This document shows, piece after piece, positions 38,490 to 51,410 of a stretch of 64,000 nucleotides of DNA. A program made the translations under genes and the position numbers. Origin of the DNA: Mobula hypostoma (lineage: Eukaryota); NCBI RefSeq assembly GCF_963921235.1, contig NC_086097.1:13578001-13642000 (forward strand). Reading direction: 5' to 3'. The stretch's first letter is position 1; each line of letters starts with the position of its first letter. Below the pieces are notes generated by a model, which saw only the letters and a list, made by a program, of their open reading frames with translations, made no database searches and had not been told where the DNA came from.

Positions 38490-39318
38490 ATAGGAAGAAG
38501 GTGGAGCAGAGTGATGATGGCACTAAATGGCAACTCCTTTGCTTGCATCTTCGGAAACAGCTCTATTTCCAGCTTTAATATCTTCATTTTTCCCTTTCAG
38601 GGTTCATTTGAAGACCCTGACCTGGAGTTACATGCTGACTACGGTTCTTTGCGGGAATGGGACCCGCTTTCAGGGTTTCAGGACTGGCCATTGTCGGCAT
38701 GCCAAGGGCTCGGCCTAAATATTCGGCTTGGCTTTGGAAGCCTAGGATCTCAGGCCTCTGGAAACGGGCGGATCAAGGGTCGGTGTCATGACAAGAGAAC
38801 CCTGTGTCATCGGGGGAGTCAGAATATCTACGGCTGTGTGCCCAGAGACTGACCTTTGGGCACAGAGCTCGTAAAAAGCGATGCGGCGGACTTTTAACAT
38901 CGTAAACCAGTGAGTTGTTTGCTATGCCTCCCCGCATGCTGTGAAAATGGAGACATTTCTTTCTCCCTTATTAGGGAGAGAGAAAACCTGTGGTATGTCG
39001 AATGCCGGCTGAACAATGTAGTCCTTGGGGTAATGGCAAGTCTGTGTCTTTACTGTTGCTTTGCTCACGCTTGAGTACTTGATGGTGGGTGACAATGCTT
39101 TTTTTTTGCTGCTGGGGGAGGGGGATCGTTTCTTTGCTGCCACTTAGATGTGGGAGGGAGGGGAGCTGGGGGGAACTTTGGGGCTCTAACATTTGACCAT
39201 CGTTCATTCTTTGGGGCACTCCTCTGTTTCGTGGATGGTTGCGAAGAAAAAGCATTTCAGGATTTATATCGTATACATTTCTCTGACACTAAATTTTACC
39301 TTTGAAACCTTTGAAAAT
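38490..39318 (+). mobile_element. Unclassified non-coding retroposon-like repeat
   Basis: CpG-retaining body, LINE-like 3' end with (CCTTTGAAA)2 tail; related pieces at ~11345-11830 and possibly ~17500-17690. Confidence 0.55.
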
Positions 39319-39319
39319 T

Positions 39320-39870
39320 GAGGGAGTGTGCTAACAAGCTGCATCAGCGCTTGGTACAGAAACTGCGCGGCAGCAGACAGGAAGACTCGACTATGGGTAG
39401 CCAAAACAGTCCAACATATCACCGGCACCAGCCTACCCGCCAACAAGGGCATATGTACAGAAAGATGCTGGTAAAGGGCCAGTAACATCATGAAGGATCC
39501 CACTTATCTTGCTCATAGACTGTCTGTCCCGCTCGCATCAGGGAGGAGGCTACACAACATCCATGCCAGAATCACCAGTACTTCCTCAAGCAGTAAGGCC
39601 GATCAACACCTCCACCCACCAATTCAACCACTACTTTATTATTCCCCATCAGTCACCTTATGTACAGCCCAGTGTTACTTCACGGACATACAATCAACCT
39701 ATGTATATAAACTATCTTACCTATTATATTTATTGTGTTTTTTTATTATTATTGTGTTCTTTATCTTTTGTGGGGTTTTTTTGTGTAGACCTGAAGTAAG
39801 AATTATTTCATTCTCCTTTATACCCATGTACTAAAATGATATGAAGCAATCTTGAATTTTGAATCTTGAA
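39320..39870 (+). mobile_element. Rex1/Babar 3' fragment
   Basis: MKDPTYLAHRLSVPLASGRRL; sister copy at ~47350-47800. Confidence 0.75.
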
Positions 39871-40770
39871 TTAATAGAAAGGATTCTCAGTTAACAAAGA
39901 GTCAAACCCAAGTCATAACAATTTGCCAAGGAGTATTGACGTACCATTGAAGAAACTCACTTTTTGCATCTGATTTTAGGTAGGTCATTCATACAGTAAA
40001 TCAATTAATGAAGAAATGCCTTGCTGCGATTCAATATACCTTTCAGGAACATCTCAAAAGTATAACATATTGTTTTTTGCTGCTACCCATGCAACGGCAT
40101 CTAAAAAGCTCCAGCAAAATGCAACATAGTGAATGACCACCCAGCTTGTTTTCAGTGTAAGCTCGTGAAAAAATATCAAATTGGAGAGTGGAAAATGTCC
40201 TTGTTCTTCTCTGCATGGATCAAAAGATCTGAAGTATCTGTCACTACAAAGGCAGGTGTTTGTCCATGCAGGAGTGCTAGTTCATTAAAACCTAATTCCT
40301 ATCCTATAATATCTCCAAAAAATAAAATTACATTTCTGAATATTATGGCATTTCAAAGCACATACAGCATTATTCCCACATCATAATGAAATATACTTCA
40401 ATATATTTTTAGATTATTTTGCAATATATTTCTGTTCCATCGGGGATTCTTCATTATTAATACTCAGAATAAACTTAACATTCAAATCTTGTCATTTTTT
40501 TATTGTTGTCCACATAAGCTACATTAAAACACAGAGTTAAGATCATTGGTTACTGTACGGATATATCATTGCCTTCAAAGACTGATTTAAGAAATTGCTT
40601 CTGAATTTCATACGTATATATTCAGTGCACAGATCACCAAATTCTTTCACATAAAACATGTAATCAGCAAGGGCTCCATTTTTATAGCTTTGAAGAATGT
40701 AAAGTGATAAGTGATGGTTGCCCCAAATGTCATTCCTTTCAGGGGAGACCTGACAATCAGGTGATGACCA

Positions 40771-41368
40771 TGAGGCCCTCAACTGGATGGGGTCAACCAT
40801 GGATATTGTGTACCTTCTGCTTACTCAATATGCAAGCCGGTACACAAACTAGTGCAGTATGAGGGGAAACTGTTGCCTATGCAGAAGGCTTTCTCTCTCC
40901 ACGCAGCTGGTGAATCCAAAGGAATGGCAGAGACCAATATTGTTTAGTACCAGTGGCACCATAAGGTTGCCAGTCAGCATTGAACTCAACATAGGACTGC
41001 CTTAGGGACTCCAGCTCTTGATTTTTCCTTGAGGTTTAATCCCGAAGCCTTCCCCATGAGTGGGTTTAGCTTCAAGGCAATAGAAATTTGAGAGCAGAGT
41101 TTTCCTTCTCCTAGATGAGCTGCCAACCATGGCTGATGAGCCTCATCTGCCTGGCGATTGGTTTTAAGGAGTCAGTAACCCACCCTTACCCTTTCTCCTG
41201 TCAGTAGAAACGGTTCTGCTGGGCTTAGTAACTAAACCACACGTGAATGCCAGGAGCTGGACTTGGTTGTCTGAGGCTATTTGAGATACACGCCATTGGG
41301 AGCATTTAATAGGTAGTGGGAGCTTGTCCCCATTACCACTGCCGGCTATAACAACCTTAAGGAACCAG
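40771..41368 (-). mobile_element. RTE-derived non-autonomous element (5' UTR fused to 3' end)
   Basis: 11-bp TSD GGTGATGACCA at 40760-40770 and 41369-41379; RTE 5'-UTR-like motif CATCTAGGAGAAGGAAAACTCTG on the minus strand. Confidence 0.7.
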
Positions 41369-41654
41369 GGTGATGACCACATCAAAGGAATCAATCCAAG
41401 GCTTGGACTTTCGTTCCTAAATGAATTACAGTTTACAAATATTGCTCACATAAACATCATTGAAAGCTCACAATATCAATGTTCAAAATAAATTTATTAT
41501 TAAAGCACATATACTGTAATTCACCATAGATTCATTTTCTTGCTGGCATACTCAATAAATCCATAATAAAATCAATGAAAGATCGCAACTTAAAAAAGTA
41601 ATAAGAACAGAGAATGTCATTTGAGCCCTTGAGCACAGTACAAGCCAGTAATAT

Positions 41655-41915
41655 TTGTTTTATTTAAAGATACAGTGCAGAACATCCCCTCCTATCTGAA
41701 CAAGCCACCCTGGCCAGCAACCCACCTATTTAACCCTAGCCTAATCACACGATCGTTTACAATGACCAATTCACCTACTAAGTGATTGGATTGTGAGAGT
41801 AAACCAGAGCACTTGGAGGAAACCATGCACTCACGGAAAGAACACACAAATTTCTTACAGACTCCGACGCCCTGAGCTGTAATAGCATCACGCTAACCCT
41901 ATGCTACTGTGGTAC
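41655..41915 (-). mobile_element. V-SINE-like SINE
   Basis: Similar to 14010-14245. Confidence 0.65.
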
Positions 41916-41919
41916 CCAA

Positions 41920-43150
41920 TGCATACATCAAGATGCTCTTCATTGATTACATTTTAGCATTCCATACTATCATCCCCTCAAAACTAATCAATAAGCTCCA
42001 AGACCTAGATCTCAATATCTCCTTGTGCAAATGGATCCTTGATTTCTTCACTTGCTGACCCCAGTTAGTTCAGATTGGCAACATCTCCTCACCATCAACA
42101 TCACCAAAAGTCTTTGTGCTTGGACCCCTGCTCTATTCACTTTATGCTTATGTCTGTGAGGCAAAACAGAGCTCCAATGCCATTTTTAAGTTTGCTGACG
42201 GCCCCACTGTCAATGGTGGTGACAAATCAGAATATAGGAGGGAAATTAAAAATCTGGCCGAGTGGTGCCACAACATCAACACCCCACTCAATGTCAGCAA
42301 GACCAAGGAGTTGATTATTGACTAAAGGAGGAACAAACCAGAGGTCCATGAGCCAGTCCTTATCAGAGGATGAGAGGCTGAGAGCATCTTTAAACGAGCA
42401 ACTTTAAATTCCTCGACATTATTATTTTGGAGAGTCTGTCCTGGGTGCAGGATGTAAGTGCCATTACAAAGAAAGCATGGGAGTGCTTCTACTTTGTGAA
42501 TTTTTGGTGTGTCAACGGAATCTTTGAAACACCTCTTTAGATGTGAGGTGGAGAGTATATTGACTGGTCGCATCATGGCCTGGGATGGAAACACCAATGC
42601 CCTTGAACAGAAAAAATACTACAAGAAGTCATAGATACAGCCCAGTCCATCACAAGTAAAGCCCTCCCCGCTATTGAGTACATCTACAAAGAATGCTGTC
42701 ACGGGAAAGCAGCATCCATCGTCAAGAACCCCCACCACCCAGGCTACGCACTGTGCTTGCTGCTGCCATAAGGAAGAAGGTACAGAAGCCTCAGGACCAA
42801 CACCATCAGGTTCAGGAACAGTTATTGCCCCTCAACCATCAGGATCTTGGACAAGAGAGAATAACTTCACTCACCCCAACACTGAACTGTTCCCACATTC
42901 AGTGGACTCACTTCAAAAACACTTCATCTCATGTTCTTGATAATAATTACTATTTTGTTCTTTGTTTCTTTTTATATTTGCACAGTTTAACGTCTTCTGC
43001 TCATTGGTTATCCATCTTGTGTATGTTTTTTCATAGATTCCAATGTTTTTCATTGTATTTACTGTGAATTCCCACAAGAAAATGAATCTTCAGGTAGGAT
43101 ATGGTGACATATATGTACTGTGATAATAAATTAACTTTGAACTTTGAACA
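41920..43150 (+). mobile_element. Rex1/Babar LINE fragment
   Basis: LGPLLYSLY, IFKFADG, NVSKTKELIID; (TTTGAAC)n tail. Confidence 0.88.
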
Positions 43151-44883
43151 TAGGTTTCACCAGTCATCATCCTCAATCCCATTTTCTGTCTTACTCAACA
43201 CTTTATTCTCTTTTATGATGATCTTCTTTCTTTTTCACCCTTGAATATTTCCATTGACTCAGAAGATAAAGAACTAGGTTGTGATGTAGAGATGAACTGA
43301 AAATGACCTGAACAATGTCAATAACATTTGTCAACTTAGTTGTGGAAGGTTATTTCCCAGTGTCGAGGGAAGAGTAAAAGGTTAAGTCATCTATTACCTT
43401 GAAGTCTAGAGATAGGTACAAACTTTGCCCAGTGAAAACAAGTCTTAACTTCACCAGTCCAATCTTTTTGCTGAAATCCCTTAATTCTGGAACTACTCTG
43501 GAACATCTCACATGCATCCCCTTCAGATTCTACTGAAAATTCATTCTGGATTCAAGTCTGACCCAAGGTTCTAACAGCATGGAATTCATTTATTCCCCTG
43601 AGTTGTCCAATTTCCTGCCACATGTTAAAGTCATTTTGGTTGCTAGGTTAATTTGTCGCTGCACATTACCTGTGGTGTAGGGGCAAGACAGGAGAATTAT
43701 GGGGAGTATCGAGCCAAAATAAGTGGGAGAAAGGGACTTCAAGGGAGTGCTTTGAGAGGTGGTATAGACTCTGTGGCTTGAATGATCCATTTCTGCATTG
43801 TAAGAAACAGATGAGAAACACCAGAAATATGGACAATACTCTGGCTGTGATTTAATCAGTGCCTTCTACAGGTTCTTCTGTTGTACCCTATTTCTCCATT
43901 CATGAATCCGGGAACCCATGTTTTTCTGTAATTCTGTCAAAGTGCCTTCCCACTTCAAAAATTCACAATCCTGTAGAAATAACTGGGAACCAAAGAGACC
44001 CCAGAGCAATGGACAGACATAGCACTTTAAATTGACTTTAAGCATTAACACTTAAATCACCTTATGGAATTAACTTTGGCCACTTTCAGTTATCTTATCT
44101 GTTCTTCCTATCCCAGTTAATGTTTCTGTTAGCCACCAGACCCACACATTTAACTTTCAGACACGTTAGTCTTGATACAAAAACTTGTGGATGTGAGGTT
44201 AAACACAGGCAAAACCGATGGTAAATGATTGCCTCATCTTTATTGCTGTACTGTATAATATTCTATGAAAGGGCAAAAGCCTTCATTGTCCAATGCACCA
44301 CAGTCTTCAAACATTTATGTACCTCAGTTGTGGGCACTCCGTGATTCTGATGAGTTGGGTTATGAGATCCATCAACTGAATAAGATGACGTCTCATCTTT
44401 CTGACATCTTAGACCACTCAGAGATGTCACAACAAAGAGACCACTCATCTGTCATGCAAGGTCATCTGCGCCAATGCAGAAAATGTGGTGGCATTTATGA
44501 ATCTGAAATTTGCAGAAGCAGTTTATGGTTGAAGTAAACTTGTGGATCGCAATCTGTTGCTGTTGACCTGTGATGAAAAGTAACAGCTATTCAAGCAACC
44601 ATTCTCCAATCCAACAAATCTCTAATTAAGCAATCGAATCTCGGTACTTCATGCAATTAAATGCTTCTTTACATCGAGTGATATCTGTAGTTTCACCTCT
44701 CATTTATCGAGTGCGATTCAGAATGCATCTTCCACCACCTGCAAAGTTTGCACCAATGCTCTAAATTTGGGAACCAAGCCTTTTACTGAGTCTTCTAAAA
44801 AATAACTCCTCACATTTAGTGCTACTCTGCCATCAGTCTGCATAGCCAAGTCAGGTAGAAATAAGGGTAAGTGTACAGGTGTG

Positions 44884-45417
44884 CACTCAATGGCCACTTT
44901 ATTAGGTAAACCTGCACACCTGCTCATTAATGCAGATATCTAATCAGCCAATAATGTGGCAGCAACTCAATGCAATCATGGTCAAGAGATTCAGTTGTTG
45001 TTCAGACCAAATATAAGAATGGGGAAGAAATGTGACCTGAGTGATTTTGACCCTGGAATGATTGCTGGTGCCAAATGGGGTGGTTTGCCTATCACAGAAA
45101 CTGCTGACCTCCTGGGAATTTCACACAAACCAGTGTCTAGAATTTACAGAGAAAGATACAAAAAAACCAAAAATAAATCCAGTGAGCTGCAGTTCTGTGG
45201 GCGAAAATGCCTTGTTAACGAGAGAGGTGAAAGGAGAATGACCAAATTAGTTCAAACTGACAGGAAGGCAACAGTAACTCAGATAATCATGTGTTACAAC
45301 AGTGGTGTGCTGAAGAGCATCTCTGAACACTCAAGATGTCAAAACTTGAAGTAGTTGGTGACAGCTGCAGAACACTACAAACAAACACTCAGTGGCCACA
45401 TTATTAGGTACAGGTGA
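44884..45417 (+). mobile_element. Non-autonomous Tc1-like element, copy B, with transposase N-terminal HTH remnant (45019-45354)
   Basis: MGKKCDLSDFDPGMIAGA...ITETADLLGISHKPVSRIYRE; TIR CACTCAATGGCCACTTTATTAGGTA. Confidence 0.88.
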
Positions 45418-46199
45418 TATACTCTGTGTATGTTGCACTCTATGCCAAGTGCCCTCATGATGTCAGTTATGTGGTGACATTAGTTTCTTGTAGTTGTCAG
45501 CTTGTGATAGAGCCAGTCAACACATAATGAAATTAATTCTCAAACATAGCCAATTGCATGTGCTGTTACTGTTACTTCATAGTCATGTTTTGCATATATT
45601 CTGTAGTTCAAAAGTTTGTTTTCCAAATGTGTCTTGATTAGTTAGGGCATTAAAGTTGCCAGGGGAAGGCAGAATGGGTTTGAGAAGAAAATGGATCAGC
45701 AATGATGAAATGGTGGATCAGGCTTAATAGGCCGAATGGCCTAATTCTACTCCTATGTCTTATGGTCTTATGGACTTCCTATGGAATGAACAAAGAGTTT
45801 CACCTTATCATTCTGACGCCAATCTACAACTGAGACATGGTGGTGTTAATCAACTCTAGGGATGGCATTTTCTTTCAAAATAGACCACAGCATCATCATG
45901 GCAGAAATAATAGATCCACCCCTTGAGTAAAATAAGAATAGAAATGTGAGATTTGTATGTTGCTTAAGAGTGGATTTCAAAAGACTTGGAAGGAATAGGT
46001 CACATGGTGGAACACTGAAGAGAAGCAAGGTGTTTAAAGGAATTGAGAAGGACAGTGATATTTCAGACATGTGTATTCAAATACCAACTCATTGAGGAAA
46101 TGACTGAGCCATTGACTACTACTGTGCTGGTAAAGCAATTCAGCTCACGTACAGTTAGGGTGACAGGCAGAAGATTCTGTGGCCTCAAATGAGTCTTCA

Positions 46200-46705
46200 T
46201 AAGACCATAAGACATAGGAGTGGAAATAGGATATTTGGCCCATCAAGTCTACTCCGCCATTCAATTTATTTACCCTCTCAACCCTGTTCTCCTTTTGTTT
46301 CCCCATAACCTTTGACACCCTGACTAATTAAGTACCCCTGCTTTAAATATATGCAATGTTCTGATCTCCATAGTCATCTGTGGCAATGAATTCCACAGGT
46401 TCACCACACTCTGCTAAATAATTTCCTCCTCATCTCTGTCTGTATCTTGTTTTACGGTGGTTGGCATCCAGCTTAATGGTGCATTACTGCCACTCCTCCT
46501 CATCTCTGGCCTTCTATTCTGAGGCTGTCCCTGCTGGTCCTAGACTCTCCCACCACTTGCATCATCCTCTCCATTCCGACTCTGACTAGGCCTTTCAATA
46601 TTCGGTAAATTTCAATGCGATCCTCCCTCATTCTTCTAAACTCCAGTAAGTACAGACTCAGAGCCATCAAACACTCCTCATATGTTAACCCTTTCATTCC
46701 CAGGA
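46200..46705 (-). mobile_element. CR1 3' fragment
   Basis: MKGLTYEECLMALSLYLLEFRRMR; (CATAAGA)n tail. Confidence 0.8.
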
Positions 46706-46709
46706 TGTC

Positions 46710-47030
46710 TCCAGGATGTTATGTTGCCTTGGTGTTATGTTGACTGGGTCAAGGATTTCTCCGAACAATTGCAGAATATTCCCAAGGGAGAAAACAAGCA
46801 ACTAAAGGTTGTTGTATGCTCAATACCAACAACAGAGGTAGAAAACGAGATGGAATGACTACAGGCACTTAGCAAAGGTTAAAAAGCAAGAATTAAGGAT
46901 GTAACCTCTGAATTTCTGCCAGTGCCAACTACTAGTGAAGGTAGGAATAGGACTCAAGTGCAAATGAATGAGTGGATGATGTAGGAGGGAAGAATTTAAT
47001 TATTTGCTCTATTGGGATCTCTTCTGAGGC
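46710..47030 (+). mobile_element. Degenerate CR1 ORF1 (SGNH esterase-like) fragment
   Basis: Broken frames read VKDFSEQLQNIPKGE, LPVP..SEGRNR..QMNEW, typical of CR1 ORF1 esterase. Confidence 0.6.
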
Positions 47031-47349
47031 AGAAATAACCTTTGTAATTTTGTATCCTTTTGTCAAATTTCCCCTCAATCTTTTAAATTCTAGGGAATAA
47101 AGTCCAAATCTATTCAACTTTTCCTATAACTCAGATCCTCAGGTCCTGACAACATCCTTGTAAACTTCCTCTGCACTCTTTCAATTTTATTTACAACTGT
47201 AAGTAAAGTTGTAAATGTGGCTGTACATTCAAATTTGTAGCTATATGTATAGTTATTTCTTTTATTTAAAAATGGAGGCTAACACCCATTAACGTCTCTA
47301 GAGAATCTGTTTTAGTGGATTGAAAAGAATGCATTTCCATGATATTCAG

Positions 47350-47800
47350 GGCGGGGTAGTCAAAACTGCCCAACGCAGCTCCAGCACCTGCCTACCTGCC
47401 ATCAATGACATATATACAGAAAGTTTCAGGTAAAGGACCAGTAACATCATTAAGGATCCCACCCACTTTGCTCGCAAGCTGTTTGTCCCATTCCTATCAG
47501 GAAGGAGGCTACATAGCATCCACGCCAGTACCTCCAGTCTCAAAAACAGACTGAAAAACAATTTCTTTCCTCAAGCAGTAAGGCTGATCAACACCTCCAC
47601 CCACTAACTCCACCACTACTTTAGTATTTCCTGTCAGTCACCTACATACAGCCTACCATCACTTTATGGACATACAATCAATCTATATATATATAAGCTA
47701 CAGTATATTTTGTATTTATATTTATTGTGTTCTTTATCTTTTGTGTTTTTTTTGTGCTACATCGGATCTAGAGTAACAATTTTTTGTTCTTCTTTACACA
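47350..47800 (+). mobile_element. Rex1/Babar 3' fragment
   Basis: Homologous to 39400-39830. Confidence 0.75.
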
Positions 47801-49019
47801 TTGGCCTGTTTCAATGCCAGTGTTTATTTTTACAAGATTTTTTCTTACAAATTTATTAACATTTTGCATAATTTCAAGCACTTCCATCAAACTGCCTATA
47901 CAATTCCTCTGCTCTAAGAATGGGAACTGTTTACTCTGTTTGTGAAGTGAAAGGGAATGGGAATATTATTGAGTTAGATGTGCAAGGTATCGTACTTCTC
48001 CTGGTAAGGCAGGGTGCATAAAAGAGCAGACACACATGGGGTGGGGTTGGTCTTAGACCCACACTGGAAAATTCAGCAATTAATGGGTTAATTTGTTCGC
48101 TTGCCAACATATTTACTTTCAAGGCGGTTTCTTGAAAAAAAATCAGGCACTTTATAAGGAGACCATACACCAACATAAATAAGATCTGCAGCTTTTAAAA
48201 ATTAATTGTAATGTAGGCACTGCTTAATGAAAAACGACCCAGAATGTGTTATTACTTTGCCTGCATCAGATCAACTGTTCTGTTTTTATTTTGCCTCCAG
48301 TTTCTCACGAAATGAAGGGGTTTTCTTTTGATGTGTTTAGCTTCACGGCTTCTGAGCACTCGCTAATTCCATCTGTCCACAACACAGAAGAAGAAATAGC
48401 GAGAGAAAGCATTTCCATATGTGCAAATTATCACCAAGCTTTCCATAAGCTGCAGAGAGCTCCTCTGAAGCAGAGACAGAGAACAGCTGCCAACACACTA
48501 ATGGCATTAAAAAGGTAACTGCAGACCTCTGAGGTACTTTTTTAAAACATCAAATTTTAAAATTATACTTATGATGTTTAATAAATCCCGATCTTCCAGC
48601 ACACGTATCAGCAATATTGCAATGTGCATGCTCTTTAGTTCAAAGGGTTTCTTTGTCTCACTGTCACAGCAGCCGGTATGACCCTGAAGTTGTTTAATAA
48701 TACAGTAATTCTAGACAACTAACTTGGGTCACTCCGGTGGGGCCCACATACTGGCATGGGGCTTCAAAGAATGCTTGCGTGGTGCTGAAAAGGTTTTAAG
48801 CATCTTTACGATATAGAAAGGAGCAAGTTGTGCCAGCTCAGACTTGGGGAGAGTTTTGAAAAGACAATTTACAAATAATTTTCATATTATGAGAACAGTA
48901 TAGACAAGAAACAATTTAACTGGTAACAAGTGAGTGCAGGAATGCGATGGTAATACCTGGAATTATTCTCAGAAACTCATGGAGTCATTCAAGCAGGGAA
49001 ATCTGCCCCTCGACCCATG

Positions 49020-49592
49020 AAGACCACAGAAGATGTTACCAGGACTTGAGGACCAGACTTATAGAGAAAGGTTAAATAGGTTAGGATTTTATTTCCTTGG
49101 AAGTAGGAGAATGAGGGGAGATTTGGTAGAGGGATACAAAATTAGGAGGGGTATAGATGGGGTAAATGCAAGCAGGCTTTTTCCACTAAATTTGGGTGAG
49201 ACTAGAACTTGAGATCTTGGGTTAAGGCTGAAAGCGTGAAATGTTTAAGGCGAACATGAATTGTTCACTCAGGGAATTGCTTCACTCAGATGATAGTGAG
49301 AGTGTGGAATGAGTTGCCAGCCCAGGTTTGATTACAAAATTTAAGTGAAATTTGGACAGGTACATGGATGGGAGTGTTATGGAGGGCTATATGGTCCAGG
49401 TGTGAGTCAGTGGAACTAGGCAGTTTAATAGTTCCATAAATGCTACCTCACCTGCTGAGTTCCTCGAGCATTTTCTATATGTTGTTGTAGATTTTGAGCA
49501 TCTACAAATTTTCTTGTGTTTGTGTTTAATAGTTCGGCATAGACTAGATGGGATGAAGGGCCTGTTTCTGTGCTGTAGTGTTCTATGACTCT
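49020..49592 (+). mobile_element. CR1 3' fragment containing a Penelope tail relic (~49435-49525)
   Basis: GATGTTACCAGGACTTGAG...GAAGGGCCTGTTTCTGTGCTGTA. Confidence 0.75.
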
Positions 49593-49639
49593 ACAATAAT
49601 TATCAGGCATCCATTTCACAGATATCATTTTATTCTTAG

Positions 49640-49783
49640 TATCAGAATCAGAATCAGGTTTATTATCACCGGCATGTGGCGTGAAATTTGTTAACTTAGC
49701 AGCAGCAGTTCAATACAATGCATGACAATATAGAAAGAAAATAGATAAATAAATAACCAAATAATAATTAATAATTACACTAA

Positions 49784-49839
<56 letters not shown>

Positions 49840-50060
49840 ATTGAATAGATTAAAACAGCACAAAAACAGAAATAATATATATTTTTAAAAAGTGAGGCAG
49901 TGTTCATAAGTTCAATGTCTATTTAGGAATCGTAAGGCAGAGGGGAAGAAGCTCATCCTGAATTTCTGAGTGTGTGCCTTCAGGCTTCTGTACCTCTGTC
50001 CTAGCAATAACAATGAGAAGAGGGTCTAGGTCACAGGCGCCCTTAATAATGGACGTTTTT
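49640..50060 (-). mobile_element. Rex1/Babar 3' end containing a (TG)n(TA)n(TG)n microsatellite (~49783-49838)
   Basis: Same subfamily as 128-480. Confidence 0.8.
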
Positions 50061-50734
50061 TCCATTCTCCCCGTGTTCCCATCAAATCTCTCCATAGTCC
50101 ACAACTCACCTCAAGGCACTTTATAGCAGGCAACCAATATACAAAACCTGCACATATGTACGACGTGGGAGGAAACCAGAGCTCCTGAAGGAAACTCACT
50201 TGGTCATGGTCAGAACGTGCAAACTCCACATAGACAGCATTAGAGGTCAGTACTAACCCCCAGGTCATTGTGGCTGTGAAGAAGCGGTGCTGTTGCAAGC
50301 ACTATTGGGGCTATTCTACTTAAATCCCCCTGTGTAATTTCCTGTATTTAATAGAACAGAATGAAATATTACTGTAGCAACACCAACACTGTGGCCCACA
50401 ATATGGCACATTGGAATCTATTTCAATCGGAACAGTCAAGCTGTAAAACCTTTGGAATCTAAACCAAGTTATTGCTGGAAAGCAAATCAGAAGAAATAAA
50501 ATAGTGTGCCAAATAATCTAGTGGAGGAACTCAGTAGGTTAGGCAGCATCCGTGGGAGGAAAGGAATTGTTGCATTTTGCATCGGAACCCTGCATCCGTA
50601 ACACGCTGCACATTTGGTTATGTTATTATGGTATATTAAATGATCTACAAGGCTCTACTCACTGCTGAAATTTCTATCCAATGCGTAGGACTCTTCACTG
50701 TCTATAGTGCCGAAATATACATGACACAGGTTTG

Positions 50735-51410
50735 TAGAACGTAGAACACAGAACAGTACAGCACAGGAAGAGGCCCTTTTGCCTGCACTACTGTGTCAAA
50801 TGAATTAAATTAGTAAATCAAATAACAAACTAAACTAATCCCTTATGCCTTCAGAGTGTTCATACCCCTCCATTTTCCTCACACTTATGTCCCTAGCTAA
50901 ACGTCTCTTAAATGTCCCTAATTTATCTGCCTCTACCAGCACACTGGGCAGAACATTCCAGGCACCCACCACTCTCTGTGTGAAAAACTTGCCCCTCACA
51001 TCTCCTTTGAAATTACACTCTCCCACCTTAAATGCATGCCTTCCAGTATTAGATATTTCAACCTTGGGGGAGAAAAAAGATACTGTCTGTCTACTCTATG
51101 GCTCTCAGAATCTTATAAACCTCTATCATATCTCCCCTCAGCTTTCAGAGGAAACAAGTTTGTCCAACCCCTTATTATAACACGCGCCCTCTAATCCAGG
51201 TAGCATCCTGGTAAAATCTCCGGCCCCTCTCCAAAGCCTCGACATCCTTCCTATAATGGGGTGACCAGAACTGTGTACAATACTCCAGATGCAGACTAAC
51301 TAGAGTTTTATAAAGCAACATAACTTCCTGACTTTTGAGCTCTATGTCTCAACTAATAAAGTCAAGCAAGTCATAAGGCTTCTTAACCCCCCCAACAACC
51401 TGTGTAGTTT
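50735..51410 (-). mobile_element. CR1 3' fragment
   Basis: FKGDVRGKFFTQRVVGAWN; sister of 21925-22590. Confidence 0.85.
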
